A program made the position numbers and the translations under genes. A stretch of DNA of 64,000 bases from Mizuhopecten yessoensis (Eukaryota): NCBI RefSeq assembly GCF_002113885.1, contig NW_018408922.1, positions 1 to 64,000 on the forward strand, given 5' to 3'. How positions within the stretch are numbered: position 1 is the first letter of the stretch; every line of letters starts with the position of its first letter. The notes beneath the pieces are model-generated. The model searched no databases, had not been told where the DNA came from, and saw nothing but the letters and a program-made list of their open reading frames with translations. This document shows positions 1 through 12,162 of this stretch, piece by piece.

Positions 1-530
1 TATGGTTACTGGTGGATCTGTACTGGAGATAATCTACCATATAGCACAAGTACATGGTCACTGGTGGATCTGTACTGGAGATAACCTACCACAGAGCGCA
101 TGTACATGGTTACTGGTGGATCTGTACTGGACATAACCTACCATATAGTGCATGTACATGGTTACTGGTGGATCTGTACTGGATATAACCTACCATATAG
201 TGCATGTACATGGTTACTGGTGGATCTGTACTGGAGCTAACCTACCGTATAGCGCATGTACATAGTTGCTGGTGGATCTGTACTGGAGATAACCTACCGT
301 ATAGCGCATGTACATAGTTGCTGGTGGATCTGTACTGGAGATAACCTAAAATGTACCATATAGCGATCTGTAGTGGAGATAATCTACCATATAGCGCATG
401 TACATGGTTGCTGGTGGATCTGTACTGGAGATAACCTACCGTATAGCGCATGTACATAGTTGCTGGTGGATCTGTACTGGAGATAACCTAAAATGTACCA
501 TATAGCACATGTACATTGTTACTGGCGGAT
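1..530. repeat. 52-bp minisatellite (about 10 copies, runs off the window start)
   Basis: Unit tacatggttactggtggatctgtactggagataacctaccatatagcgcatg; starts at 51 and 103. Confidence 0.95.
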
Positions 531-723
531 TCTTTTAGTTAGGAAACACCTCGATCGGCTGCTCCATGATATCAAAACCTGAGTTATTTAATTATTATTC
601 TATTGTATTTAGTTTCACGGTTATGTCAAGTTCGAAGTTAAGCAAGTGTGTAAATATCTCCGAAATCTGTCAAGTGAAGTTTGAATTCAATAACATACTG
701 TTGTAATTCGGTTAACATGAATA

Positions 724-743
724 TTTATTGATGATTCTTTATT
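724..743 (-). terminator. Candidate polyadenylation signals for CaML-A
   Basis: Two AATAAA on the minus strand (743-738, 729-724), about 0.85 kb past the stop. Common by chance in AT-rich DNA. Confidence 0.4.
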
Positions 744-1594
744 GAAACAATGTAACCATACACATATATAATAGTTTTCAATTCTTACTTGCAAAACTTT
801 AATTTGTATTGGGTTATCTTTTGGTATTATTTATATCGCTGCGTAATTAAACTAATTTATAAGCTGTTTGGATTACACAGTGATATTTTTTGAAGTTTTA
901 CGAGAATTAAAAATTTCCAGCAAGACCCCTTCAGAAAACAGTCTTTAATAACTTTCTTCCAGAAGTACAACAAATTATCTTTTTGAAATGTCTGCCTGAT
1001 TTTTCCTAAATGCTGATATAAGTAAAAAAACAACAAAAAAACACCCTCCTCTGGACATTTTAGGCGCTATGTTTTATACATCTGTCGTGGACGATTATCA
1101 TTTTACAGTGCTGCAGCAGGAAACGCACATCATGATTTGATTTATATGTATATATCGTATTGCTGATGTTATTTTACAGTGCTGCAGCAAAAGAGAATCC
1201 ACAACTGTTTGATTTATTTGTATCTCTTTAATGAATATCCAAATCGTTAAAGATACATTACACGACTCTAATTCATGATGTAGAAAACGTATGACGTCAT
1301 TAACATCTCATGAAGCTTCCCTGCAGTGTTCCGTCATGCTCCATTGAAAACCCACGGCACCTTACTTCCTTGTCTGATACTGAAACACTCCTGTCGTGGG
1401 TTTACCACGAATCCATGTCTACAAGTCAAACGCTCTCCTCGCAAACACGAGCAAAAGGTTAGGAAAGGAACTTTATTTCAGTGTGAAAATGATTGCGTAC
1501 ACTCGATTTATGACGTATCTATGTATAAGTGTGTCTATGATGTTCATCCTAGGCATATTTCCAAACCACAGTGTAATTCATTTTATATACAGCC

Positions 1595-1623
1595 TCACGG
1601 CGCTGTCATCAACCGTACGAACT
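1595..1623 (-). CDS. CaML-A terminal coding exon (EFVRLMTAP*)
   Basis: Acceptor ttttattcttttacag|AG TTC GTA CGG TTG ATG ACA GCG CCG TGA; 29 nt like the last calmodulin exon. Confidence 0.9.
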
Positions 1624-4600
1624 CTGTAAAAGAATAAAATCAGATATATAGATACCTAGCTTTCCGATTAATGTACGGAAGCTAAAAGTGTAGCACTCAA
1701 TCTTTAATTGGTACAAAGAGTTCAACTACTTTGTTTAAATTATGTAGAAGAGCGTCTTCCGGAAATAATGAGGTACATCGTTAATTTAGATAGCCATTAA
1801 AATGTTACTTTTCAAGCCATGAAATTAATAGACTGACGCAAATAAGAAACTAATGAATAGACGTTTAGTTGATAGATGATATATGTTAATAATAACGTCT
1901 ATAGAGAAATAGGTTTGTGTGTACTATCAAGAGAAATAAGTTTGTGTGTACATAAAGTACAATTGTACAGGTTTTCTTATTGTCGTATTGAATACGGTAA
2001 CATAAAGGTATTAAGGTTCATTTTATAAGAGCGGGGTAGTTCAAACGTTATAATAAACCAACTCATGCATTTCAATATCGCACGCGTTTCATTACCCTAA
2101 ATGAGTCGATTCCCAAACTTAAGAAGATGTATGTCTTTAAACTGATACTGTTTTGAATCCTAACACTCACCGACGTAGTTGATGTGGCCTTCGAGGTCCG
2201 CGTGGGAATATTGGATCATTTCGTCCGTCTCCTCGTCGGTCAGTTTCTCGCCCAGAGTGGTCATAATGTCCTTCAGTTCTATGGCCGTGATGTACCCCCT
2301 CGCGTTCGAATCAAACACCTTAAACGCATCTTTGATTTCCTGCTCTGTATCCGTGTCGTTCATTTTCTTCGACATCAACTGTAGAAACTCTGGGAACTCG
2401 ATTGAGCCACTCTCTGTTGAGTACGTAATTCATTTTGCGTTTTTAATCATATTTATTACGTATTTCATTTTATAAATAGTACATTAAATTAAATACATAT
2501 TTCAAGGATCCAAAACAAACATTGTTTCATGCTATATTCTATGTATATTAATTGTATTTTCTTTATGTAAACGTGTAATTGTAAATGTCAGGTTTAAAGA
2601 ATTGCGTGTGATCAAAATAAATGGGATTTTACGCTCTTGTTTAAATCTCAGAATTTAGAAAGCACTCGCATTAAAGAAAGTTACCATTTCAATTCCAGTT
2701 TGGATTATTTACAAAGATTCTGAACTGAGTAGCCACATGGTAGCTTTAATTGGGTTTCTTCATCAGCAGGTGCTATCTAACATTGTATTTCTAGTGAGAG
2801 CTTTATATATACGTCTATACTTATATATAACTCATACTCGGACCCATGTGCGGTATCGTTAAAGCCACTTATACCAGCTGGATAATTAATTGCACTAAAA
2901 GTCACAAAACTGTCGAATCTTCATCTTAACATTTAGTTTCAACACATGGTTGTTCTAACGCCAGAAGAAGTGCCTGTGAGTAAAATTGATTAAAATATTT
3001 AACGTTTTTGCGGCTGCAGGGGCGTCAATTATAAACAGAGGTGAGCCCAGTGCTTGCATCATTAGTTATATTCAAACATTGTCACGGCTTCCGCAGTTTG
3101 GTCAGTTTACTAGATTCTAAAACACAAATCTGTAGCTGTTCGACATGCATAACATTGGAAATTCTCCATTAAATTTTAAACAAAGCTTTTTATAAAGTCA
3201 TGGTTCAGTGATTAAGTGAGTAAATCTCGTTATTGACGATATATGCTAAAGACATTGTTGCTATTGGTTACCACATCCAATCTCGCAATCTGTCAATAAA
3301 GGAACTGAAACAATTCAAAGTTACCAACATCACATGGAATTTTTCCATGTAGAAATAACAAGGTTATTTACTGTTTAAACATTTTAAAAGTGATCGACAC
3401 TTATGATGAAATACAGAGATATGCGCAAGTTTGTTGATAATTTTAAGATTAGCGATTTGTATCACTTTGTAAATGCCAACAGACAAGAGTAATAACATTT
3501 AACGGTAAGTTATCCTGATTGACCGTAATACTATTTAGAAATGTAATAAATACTACACCATACGGTAATGCAATTCTTTGTTGCACACAGAACGAAACCG
3601 GGGAAAGATTTAGAAGCAAAGTATAATAATGTTGAAAAATGAGTTAGGTTTTTTTAAGAAATACAAACACATACGATCATTGTCGACTTCGTTGATCATG
3701 TCCCTGATTTCCTGTTCCGTCGGTTCCTGCCCCAGAGACTTCATCACCGTTCCAAGCTCCACTACATCCACCGTACCGTCTCCGTCACGGTCAAATATCT
3801 TAAACGCCTCCTTGAATTCTGTACAGAGAAACACAATCAGTAAGGACAAGCTAAGACTAGTCAAACTTCGTTTCCTTTACTTACATGTAACATGTATACC
3901 AAGTGTATAACTTATCCTATTTCTTGCAAAAAGTAGGGTTCCAATATTTTCAAACAATACCTTTAAAATCAAAATTCAAAATGCGTCATTTCTTTTAGAA
4001 TCTAGTATTGGAATAATTTCTTCAATTCACTATAATACATATACCATGTGTCAGCAAAAGCGACGATGTATTTTTTAGTAAGATCTAGTTTTGAACCATT
4101 GGGGTTATAGAGAACTGTATCAAATGAAATATATTAAGCAAACGATTTTGATGGTTTTATGTTTCTTTAAACCCTTACAGTTATACTGTAAAAGAGGAAA
4201 TGTTCACAGTGTGGAAATGCTTGCATTTTTGCGTTAAATATATAAGTGCGAAAATAAATGCACGCAAATGTTTATATTATACAGATTATAGATATAATAA
4301 ATGTTAAGATTTCGGACTAACTGTTAGAGCTACAACGCGAATATATCCATACGCAAATATTTACACTTTTACAGAATTATAAATTTGCCGGTAGTAGAAT
4401 TAATTACAGTTCCACTGTACATACATACATACCATAAAATCGGATTTAACTGAAGATCTGTATCTAATTGTATCAATTTCCATGAGATTAATTGATTCTC
4501 ATAAGATAATCCATTAATTACATTAAATCTTTAGATAAATATATTTGTGTGTACTATCCAGAGAAATATATTTGTGTGTACTATCCAGAGAAATAGGTTT

Positions 4601-7600
4601 GTGTGTACTATCTAGAGAAATAGGTTTGTGTGTACTATCAAGAGAAATAAGTTTGTGTGTACTATTCAGAGAAATAGGTTTGTGTGTAATATCAAGAGAA
4701 ATATGTTTGTGTCTACTATCCAGAGAAATAGGTTTGTGTGTATTACCCAGAGAAATATGTTTGTGTGTACTATCAAGAGAAATAGGTTTGTGTGTACTAT
4801 CAGAGAAATAGGTTTGTGTGTACTATCAGAGAAATAGGTTTGTGTGTACTATCAAGAGAAATAAGTTTGTGTGTACTATTCAGAGAAATAGGTTTGTGTG
4901 TACTATCAGAGAAATAGGTTTGTGTGTACTATCAGAGAAATAGGTTTGTGTGTACTATCCAGAGAAATAGGGTTGTGTGTTTTATCCAGAGAAATATGTT
5001 TGTGTGTACTATCTAAAGCCGATCAGAATACCGCTTAATCCGGTCACAATCCGGTGAACGAGGAGAGAAAACCAGTCACATTTAAAAGTCTCCACCACAG
5101 TGTACTGTACAATCTTGGGTAAAGATTTAATATCTATATCAGGACTTAAGACTGGTGCCATTCATGCATGTTGTGTTCAATTTTAATTATTTTGAAAGTT
5201 GCACCGATACAAATTTTACTTTTATGGTGATCCCTTTCCCCCTACACGACATACACTAGAAGTTTTAGATATATACAGTAACATCCAAATCATAATATTC
5301 CGGATGGTATGGGTTCCTTTTCAGAAATGATTTATCAGAGTTATAATCATGCCAGAAAGGAAATAGTCATTGCATTACAGTTCTGGCAGTGGTATAGGAA
5401 AACTTTAACATAATTTAGTTTAATTTAACTGTGTTCGGATAACAGAGGTTTCCGTATTACTAAGGTTCCGGTTTACATAAATGCATCAAATGGATGGTAA
5501 CGAGTTTCTGATTGTTTCATGAATAATTTTTAATTCAAATTCAAACTTTAAAAACAAATACTAGGGACATCTTGTGTCTTAAAGAAACATGCGATATACA
5601 TTTTTAAATAGGAATTCAAGAACTTCCTGTGTGGCTAAGGTAATAGTTTTCCAGATGTATATGACAGTGACACCATTAGTTCTGGTTATTTCTTTTCATG
5701 TCTGTAAGCAATGAAGACTACTGTAGTACGATTCCAAAGTCCTCCCGTGACTGAAGGCCTATCAATCGATCGGGAGTCTTACAATCTTAATTTCAAATGA
5801 CATTAATAAAGAAAAAAACGCATCCTATTCCTACACTCAACTGAGCAGTTTATACAACATCTGTGATAAATATAGATTTGGGTGTGAAGCTGGCCTGCAA
5901 TGCGGGACCGCTACTGTGACTAATTGACGCCAGTTTGACGTGTAAATTCACTAAAAGAAACTTACAAATTAAACCAGAATCCACACATGATTTGAATCTA
6001 ACAACTACATTTCACTATAGAATTATCCGTTTGTTTCGATCATACATTCATACAAGATATAACCGATGGGACAAAAAGATGTTCATGTAATTTCATTAAG
6101 CAAATATAATTTGAAAACCTTGGAAATATTCATCAGTTCAGCACGTAAAATGAAACAAACAAAACGCCATCTACAATCACTAGAAATAAGAAAGCTACTA
6201 TCAAAACTAAACATTTAGAATGACTGAATGTTAACATACAAAGCAAAATAGAGTAAATATTTACTGTACCATATTTAACTCTATTGTCAGTTTAGGACGC
6301 ATCAGTAATAAAAAGGAATCCATGTCTGAACATAGATAGATCTACAGCTAAACGGGAAGGTGTGTAAACATCTTTTTATCATTACTAATTTACAACTGTT
6401 GGTTATAACTATTAATTTTTTAAAGATGTAATTCATGAAAACCTTCCAGACTAAATACACAAGGACACGATTGGAATTACCGAAGGAACCACAAAATCTT
6501 ATTTTATTCTGAAATGATGTCTGGTAAGAATAGGTGACCTAACTCAATGTATTGACCCAGTCTATACAAAGGACGATATATGTACAGGTACAATGACGAC
6601 AGTTTAGTCCACTAAGTATTGTAGTTTGATCCCAGTGATCACTGATTCGAATAGTTCACATGGGTCCCTGACGAGCTATCGATATTAACATAGCTATATA
6701 ATGTATAACTACACAAGCTCTGTACACTATATATATAGATACCATCTTGATACATACTTTTGACGACAATAAGGTCCGAAGATGCATTTAGATAACTAAG
6801 TTAAGATATAGAACGACCTTCACAATGATACCTAACGTCTAGAAGTGATCCGAAGGAGATATTTTTGTTGATTACATTATGTGTCCAATAAAAATCTATT
6901 ATTGCTCGTTCATAAGAGAACCGTCTTTCGCATAAAAAATACGACCAGCAGTCTGCGGGCTATACGTATTTACTTTGAATGCATAGCATCGGTTTGATGA
7001 ACTAAGTGTAGAAAACGTTATAGCTGACCTACATTATGCACACCCTTTCAGCATATCGCCTGTGTATTAACAAAATACGACTAAAAACACCACAGTTACA
7101 TCAACGTTAATAAGTACAAAAATAAATATGATAAATCTGCCATGTAAAAATAAAGCGCACGAGTTCAAATTAGATAATTTCTATATTGTTTCTACACATA
7201 AAAACTAACTGTTATCTGGTCCAATTATCATGCTAAGTTAACATGATTACTTTATAAATAGGTAGAGTTTCTGTATGTTCCAGTCCAGGGATGAAAGCAT
7301 AGTCAGCATTAGTTCAGAGAAAAACAAGGGAAGGATTCTTATCCTAATTACACAGAGGTGGATTTTTCTTAATACAAATAAATGCATACTAATCGTTTGA
7401 TTTCAGCGGAGAACTCAAAGTAGAGACTGCATTCTATACTGGCAAGGAGAAAAAAAAATGAAAACACCGTAATTGATAACCAATATAAATCGTTATTGAA
7501 AGCCTCATAAAATCATACAATATTGACCATTAATTAGCTAGTTATCAAGCTTTTCATGACGTAGTGTATCACAACCGAAACCAAAGCATACATCCAAAGT

Positions 7601-8266
7601 ATGTACCGAAGATTATATGAGTGGCAAAAAGTTAAAAAAAAAAACCTACACGCGTTCGTAATATGAGGATGTGAAATTCTCATTCGGTACAGTGAAAACC
7701 TACAATGTCGGCTTTCAGTGACTGTCGAAAACCGTGACGTAACTTGATGGAAGATTAGGATAATGACCTGTGTAGATCTATATTTATATTTATACACATG
7801 GAAATGGTAGTACACTCTGCAGTAAGGCAAAAGGGAGCGAAACGGGAGTGGTTGTAAGTGATAGAGTAATAAGGGTCATAAGTTATGATCATTTACTTAT
7901 GCTGTTGTTCTAACCTGAATGAAGTGACCTGACCAAGACTTGTCTCGTCTCCTCTACCGGAAAACAGTCAACTCGTACCATCCTTCATAGTACCTATCGG
8001 CCTCCTCTTCTCTACTTCACTTTATAAGTGGAGGGATTTATCTGTACTTTACGCTATCATAGACATAGTCGAGAAGCTCTATTAAAACGTAGTGTTTTGG
8101 AGCTGCAAGCTGCAGCACCATAATAGCTAATGAACTGCATAGAGAACTATGGCGTCTGACTAGATTACGTCACATACAGGAGTGTGCGTTCTGCGAGATG
8201 ATTTTAGGGTGTATTTCACCACGACGTAAACTTACCATCTATTTGTTCCTGTGAGAGATGTTCCAT
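1595..8266 (-). CDS. Calmodulin-like protein A (148 aa), join(8266-8236,3818-3675,2413-2171,1623-1595)
   Basis: Four coding exons (31+144+243+29 nt), all GT-AG with phase-1 introns. Protein: [148 protein letters not shown], colinear with calmodulin. Confidence 0.92.
1902..1951. repeat. Two-copy patch of the 27-bp minisatellite
   Basis: tagagaaataggtttgtgtgtactatcaagagaaataagtttgtgtgtac; same unit as 4535-5014. Confidence 0.85.
2171..2413 (-). CDS. CaML-A 243-nt exon (EF2 end, EF3, EF4)
   Basis: caacag|AG AGT GGC ... AAC TAC GTC G|gtgagt; overlaps ORF 2160..2378. Confidence 0.95.
3675..3818 (-). CDS. CaML-A 144-nt exon (EF1, EF2 start)
   Basis: ctctgtacag|AA TTC AAG GAG ... GAC AAT GAT C|gtatgt; overlaps ORF 3610..3864. 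Confidence 0.95.
4186..4374. mobile_element. Degenerate MITE-like element with CTGTAAAAG...CTTTTACAG termini
   Basis: Short terminal inverted repeats with internal GCGAA/CGCAAA motifs; a similar element lies at 32469-32676. Confidence 0.5.
4535..5014. repeat. 27-bp minisatellite (about 17 copies)
   Basis: Unit agagaaataggtttgtgtgtactatcc/a; the source of the spurious LCVLSREIG ORFs. Confidence 0.95.
8236..8266 (-). CDS. CaML-A first coding exon ([10 protein letters not shown])
   Basis: attttgcag|ATG GAA CAT CTC TCA CAG GAA CAA ATA GAT G|gtaagt; 31 nt, homologous to calmodulin ADQLTEEQIA. Confidence 0.88.
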
Positions 8267-9255
8267 CTGCAAAATAATCAATCGAGAGATATCAACTTAG
8301 ACATCATGTACACCGTCTCAATCTTCATATACGTCACACTAACTTTGAAGTAAATCAAGTAAGTTTTATTATACTTTTCAGATGCTTGATATACAAACAG
8401 GCATAGTTTTTGCCCCTGAGGGAATTCAAAACAGTGATGTGCGTATAAGTGAAACGCATGCATCTTTTTTTTTAATATTATTTCACATAAAATGTATTTT
8501 TACAGTTATATATATCATATTTAAATTGAGTAATAAATATGTGTGTAATATATCCAAACACAACATATTAGCGTACCAACTAAACGATTTTTTTTCTGTA
8601 TAAAGGATAAAGTCTAATCTTATAGTTACGAGAGGGATATGAGAACCAAATACAATAAAATACAGTACATACATCACAGATATCATAGGTAAGCATGCAC
8701 AAATAAATTCTTATACATTGTTTCGTTCTCAAACTATATCTTACGGAACCTAATTACTTGAAAAGATGCCAATTCTTCAATTTCCATTCAGAACAATTAG
8801 CTGTATGTTTCTTTACCTATGTCGATGACTACTCCATTGCCTGCGCCTCACCGAGTACAAAACGAAGGTGTTGTAGTTCAAAGGTCAATGTTTATAAGTT
8901 ATAATCCAATTAAGTGAATCCAGAAAGTGATTTGTTATACAACAATTCTCCATGAACACACAAATAAAGCATACGAAAGTGGATAAGGTGATTTCAGTAA
9001 ATATAAGTTCTGTGAAAAGTTTAAAAGTCTGCTTTCATCTTAAACAATAAAATGAGCCCAGCACGTACGGGTTCGAAGTGTGTGATGGTTACAGCTATTA
9101 GTTTTATTTGCTTAACATATGACCGACAGCTGTTCACCTGTAGTGTAGTCAGGTGCTCCAAAACATCAGGCAGGCCTGCTATTATCATTAACACACATTT
9201 ATATCAGTGAAGAGTAGTTTGTTTTTTATCTGATAGTAAAGTAAAAAAAACTCAC

Positions 9256-9357
9256 CGTGAGCTAGGGCGATTCTGACATTACAGTTGTCCCTCCGTCTTA
9301 CTTGGTCACAGTGTAATTATTCTGGTAATTTGGGTTTGGCAGGAGCAGTCTTAAATA
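9256..9357 (-). promoter_or_regulatory. Probable CaML-A promoter and non-coding first exon
   Basis: TATTTAA at 9357-9351 (minus), then an approximately 70-nt leader ending in the strong donor ACG|gtgagt at 9256/9255. The TSS is inferred. Confidence 0.55.
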
Positions 9358-11998
9358 CGTTATATCAGAATATCAAATCTTTTTGGCCCATTTACAAAAT
9401 ATAGTCCTTTTCTCGAAAGGTCAGAGTCTTCTTAGTGTATTGCAGTTTAGTCGATAATTGAACACTGCGCTGTGATCTGGAACCGATCTGCCTTAATTAA
9501 CTATTCAGAACCAGCGCGGACAGCCCCGTATGAAGAACAATCACAGCCGTTAAATTGGTTATCAATATCTATAGCCTGTTTGTGCTTTGTAAAATCCTGT
9601 TTGATATACAGTTAACAAATCATACCTCTAAGACGCATTGAGGAAATGTTATGTTCACCGCCCTAAAACCACAAACCAACACATGTAGTGTTCTGTTTAC
9701 AAAAATAGATGGCGGTGTCTTACTGAAGCTGGGAGAGGGAATCAGTTGATATCAATGCAAGGCTCTTTATCTGTAGATTTAAGCGTCTTCTTGGTTATGG
9801 CTGTTGTGGTGGGGAACACTTGTAAGAGTCGGGCAACCAATCTTGTTGAAGCTATCAGCACAAGTATTACACGACATGCATTCTGTAGTGTAAGCTCCAC
9901 AATCTCAGATTAATCAGTACACTCGCTTGATTTGGAAGATGTTGTTTCAAAATAAACCGACAACAGACCATCCTCTATAAATGTTAACCCCAGCATCTTC
10001 CTTCACAGATTCCACTCCTTCGTTTTAGTTTAGAACTAAATGTATATGAAATAACATGCACGAGTAACTATTACACACCATCTTTACTCAGATATACTGA
10101 TTCTCTGCCATTCGGTAACTAACTGAACATAGTAATACTGCTGCATATTAATAATAAGAAACGTTTCCCCTGAGAGCCCTTAATTGTTCCAGACTCTTTC
10201 GCTTCTGACTATCAGATATGCAATCGCTGCTCCGGAATCCTATCATAGTATCGAGGCCAATGTTTTGTGTAAACATTTTGTTTTTACTTTAACCATCCGG
10301 GTAGAGATATGTTTTCGATAAAGAATAAAGATAACCAAGTTGAAACGTGCTTTATCTTATTTTGAGAAAAGAAATTAAATAAGGAAAGGCACGGATCACT
10401 GGTTCATAGGAAAACAGAAAGTATTCTGGAATAAATACTAGAACAAATTACTATTTTATGTTATTAAAAATACAAACAAAAACAATGAAACTAAAACGGT
10501 TTCTAATGCATATAATATGTGAAACATAATCGTTATTTGATCCGAACGTATTGTTTTCGAATTTATTTGAATATTTTATTTGGTTTATATCCACTGCATT
10601 TATCTATATTTATGCTATCAATTCAATAGCCTGGGGAAATCTCTTCATCTATACACATACGGTTATACCCCAATGCCTGTAGAAGTACTCTGTGGGTTTA
10701 TATGTTACAGCTACATTTAAGTGAACCCTTCATAGCACCACTTTACCGTTAAGACATATTTCCTGGTCTGCGTTTCTCCACATGCATGTATCTTTTCTAT
10801 AAATTTAAAAATACCAAAACCATCTGATTTATTAATTTGGCATACTGTCGTTATATTGGACAACTCAGAAGCCATGTGCTTTGCATTATCTAGGTCAATC
10901 GTCACTAACAGTGCAAAGTCAGGGCGATAACTAGTCTCACAAATGTGTGGTACAATATAACAACACATGCAACCGGTTTAAAGCAGTCAACTATTACTTT
11001 CATGCAAACTAATGCAGCAAAGTTTCAATATTTTTACCTACATGTTTCACATTTTTAGTAAATTTATCTACTTCCATGATTTAATGTTCGTTATAATGAC
11101 ATCAAATTAACATATTTTTTATAACCTTAAATTTATCGTTATCACAATTATGACAGTTCACTAGTAAATATTAAGGTTAATGATGCCGTGAAATGGAGGC
11201 CATCCCATTTCTCTATAGTGTTATAGTGATATTATGTATTTATATTATTTATATAAGATGACACATATTTCCCTTAATGCTTAATAGTTTTGTCAAAGGT
11301 CAGCGATTTGTGATACTGACTCCACGTTACTGTTTTTATAAACAGTTCGTCTCGGTCACTATCGCTTTCTCAGGTTCATATAACCATATGTTTAGCTCGA
11401 CAAAAGTCCATCATCAATAAATATGTCTACGGCATCACAATAGCTTCTTTATGACTTAATAAATGATTGTGCAGTTTTAGTTTGACATCCAAGGAACTTT
11501 TGCACTTCATGGTAAACTTCCAAAAAGGTGAAAGGCTAACAGCATTGCCAATGTTCCTTATAAATTTCCATAAATCTAATACAATACACAACAATGTATT
11601 TAAGGACGAAAAGGTAAGTCATATCTAAATTACAGTATTATATAATCAAACAATGTAAAAATAAGTGTTTTTTTATATTATATTGTTAAAATGCGTCATA
11701 TCCCACTTCAGGTGTGCACCCATATCATCATCATTAATTGATTGTTTTGAAATTTGCTTGATGTCGTTGCAGACTTTGGCACCAGAATCGCTACCAGTTA
11801 CCTTTTGAGTGACGTGCACCAAACCCGTGTCTGTCCGTTTGAAACGTATCTGAGGACATTACAATAGCCGAAGTATTAGATTACGGGTGACTGGAAACGA
11901 GACACGTTCATATAAAGAATTAGTCACAACTGTACAGGATAATTAAATACAATGAGCTACCAACATAAAACAATTCACATATTGCTTATACCCTGGCT

Positions 11999-12005
11999 TA
12001 TAAAA
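11999..12005 (+). promoter_or_regulatory. Candidate TATA box of CaML-B
   Basis: TATAAAA about 160 nt upstream of the ATG exon. Confidence 0.45.
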
Positions 12006-12159
12006 CCATCAAACCATGCATAAAAATCGATTCGTTCAGATATCAAAACAACCACAGTTTAGTACTAAACGGACACATTGAAGATTCCAACAGCTCATGA
12101 CTACCCGTATTATACGACTAATAGGCCCTATGTAGGCGAAAACAGGGATTTCCTTAAAA

Positions 12160-12162
12160 ATG
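12160..12162 (+). CDS. CaML-B ATG-only start exon
   Basis: aaaaATG|gtaagt, the classic calmodulin intron immediately after the start codon. Confidence 0.8.

Noticed and set aside
2179-2475. Ser-rich ORFs opposite the CaML exons (also 3629-3910, 13592-13921, 21007-21219, 38114-38380, 54070-54387)
   Set aside because: Antisense shadows of Asp/Glu-rich EF-hand codons.
4425-4493. Alternative CaML-A start exon (ATG...TTTATG|gtatgt)
   Set aside because: It gives phase 0 where the next exon needs phase 1, and the phase-1 frame contains a stop. The 8236-8266 exon is clearly homologous to calmodulin exon 2.
8382-8688. Plus-strand acceptor/donor pair suggesting an antisense exon in CaML-A intron 1
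   Set aside because: No recognisable protein and no partner exons; such signals are frequent by chance in AT-rich DNA.
11559-11619. TATAAA, ATG and AAG|gtaagt upstream of CaML-B as an alternative first coding exon
   Set aside because: ATG to donor is 20 nt (phase 2), out of frame with exon 2. It could at most be a non-coding exon.
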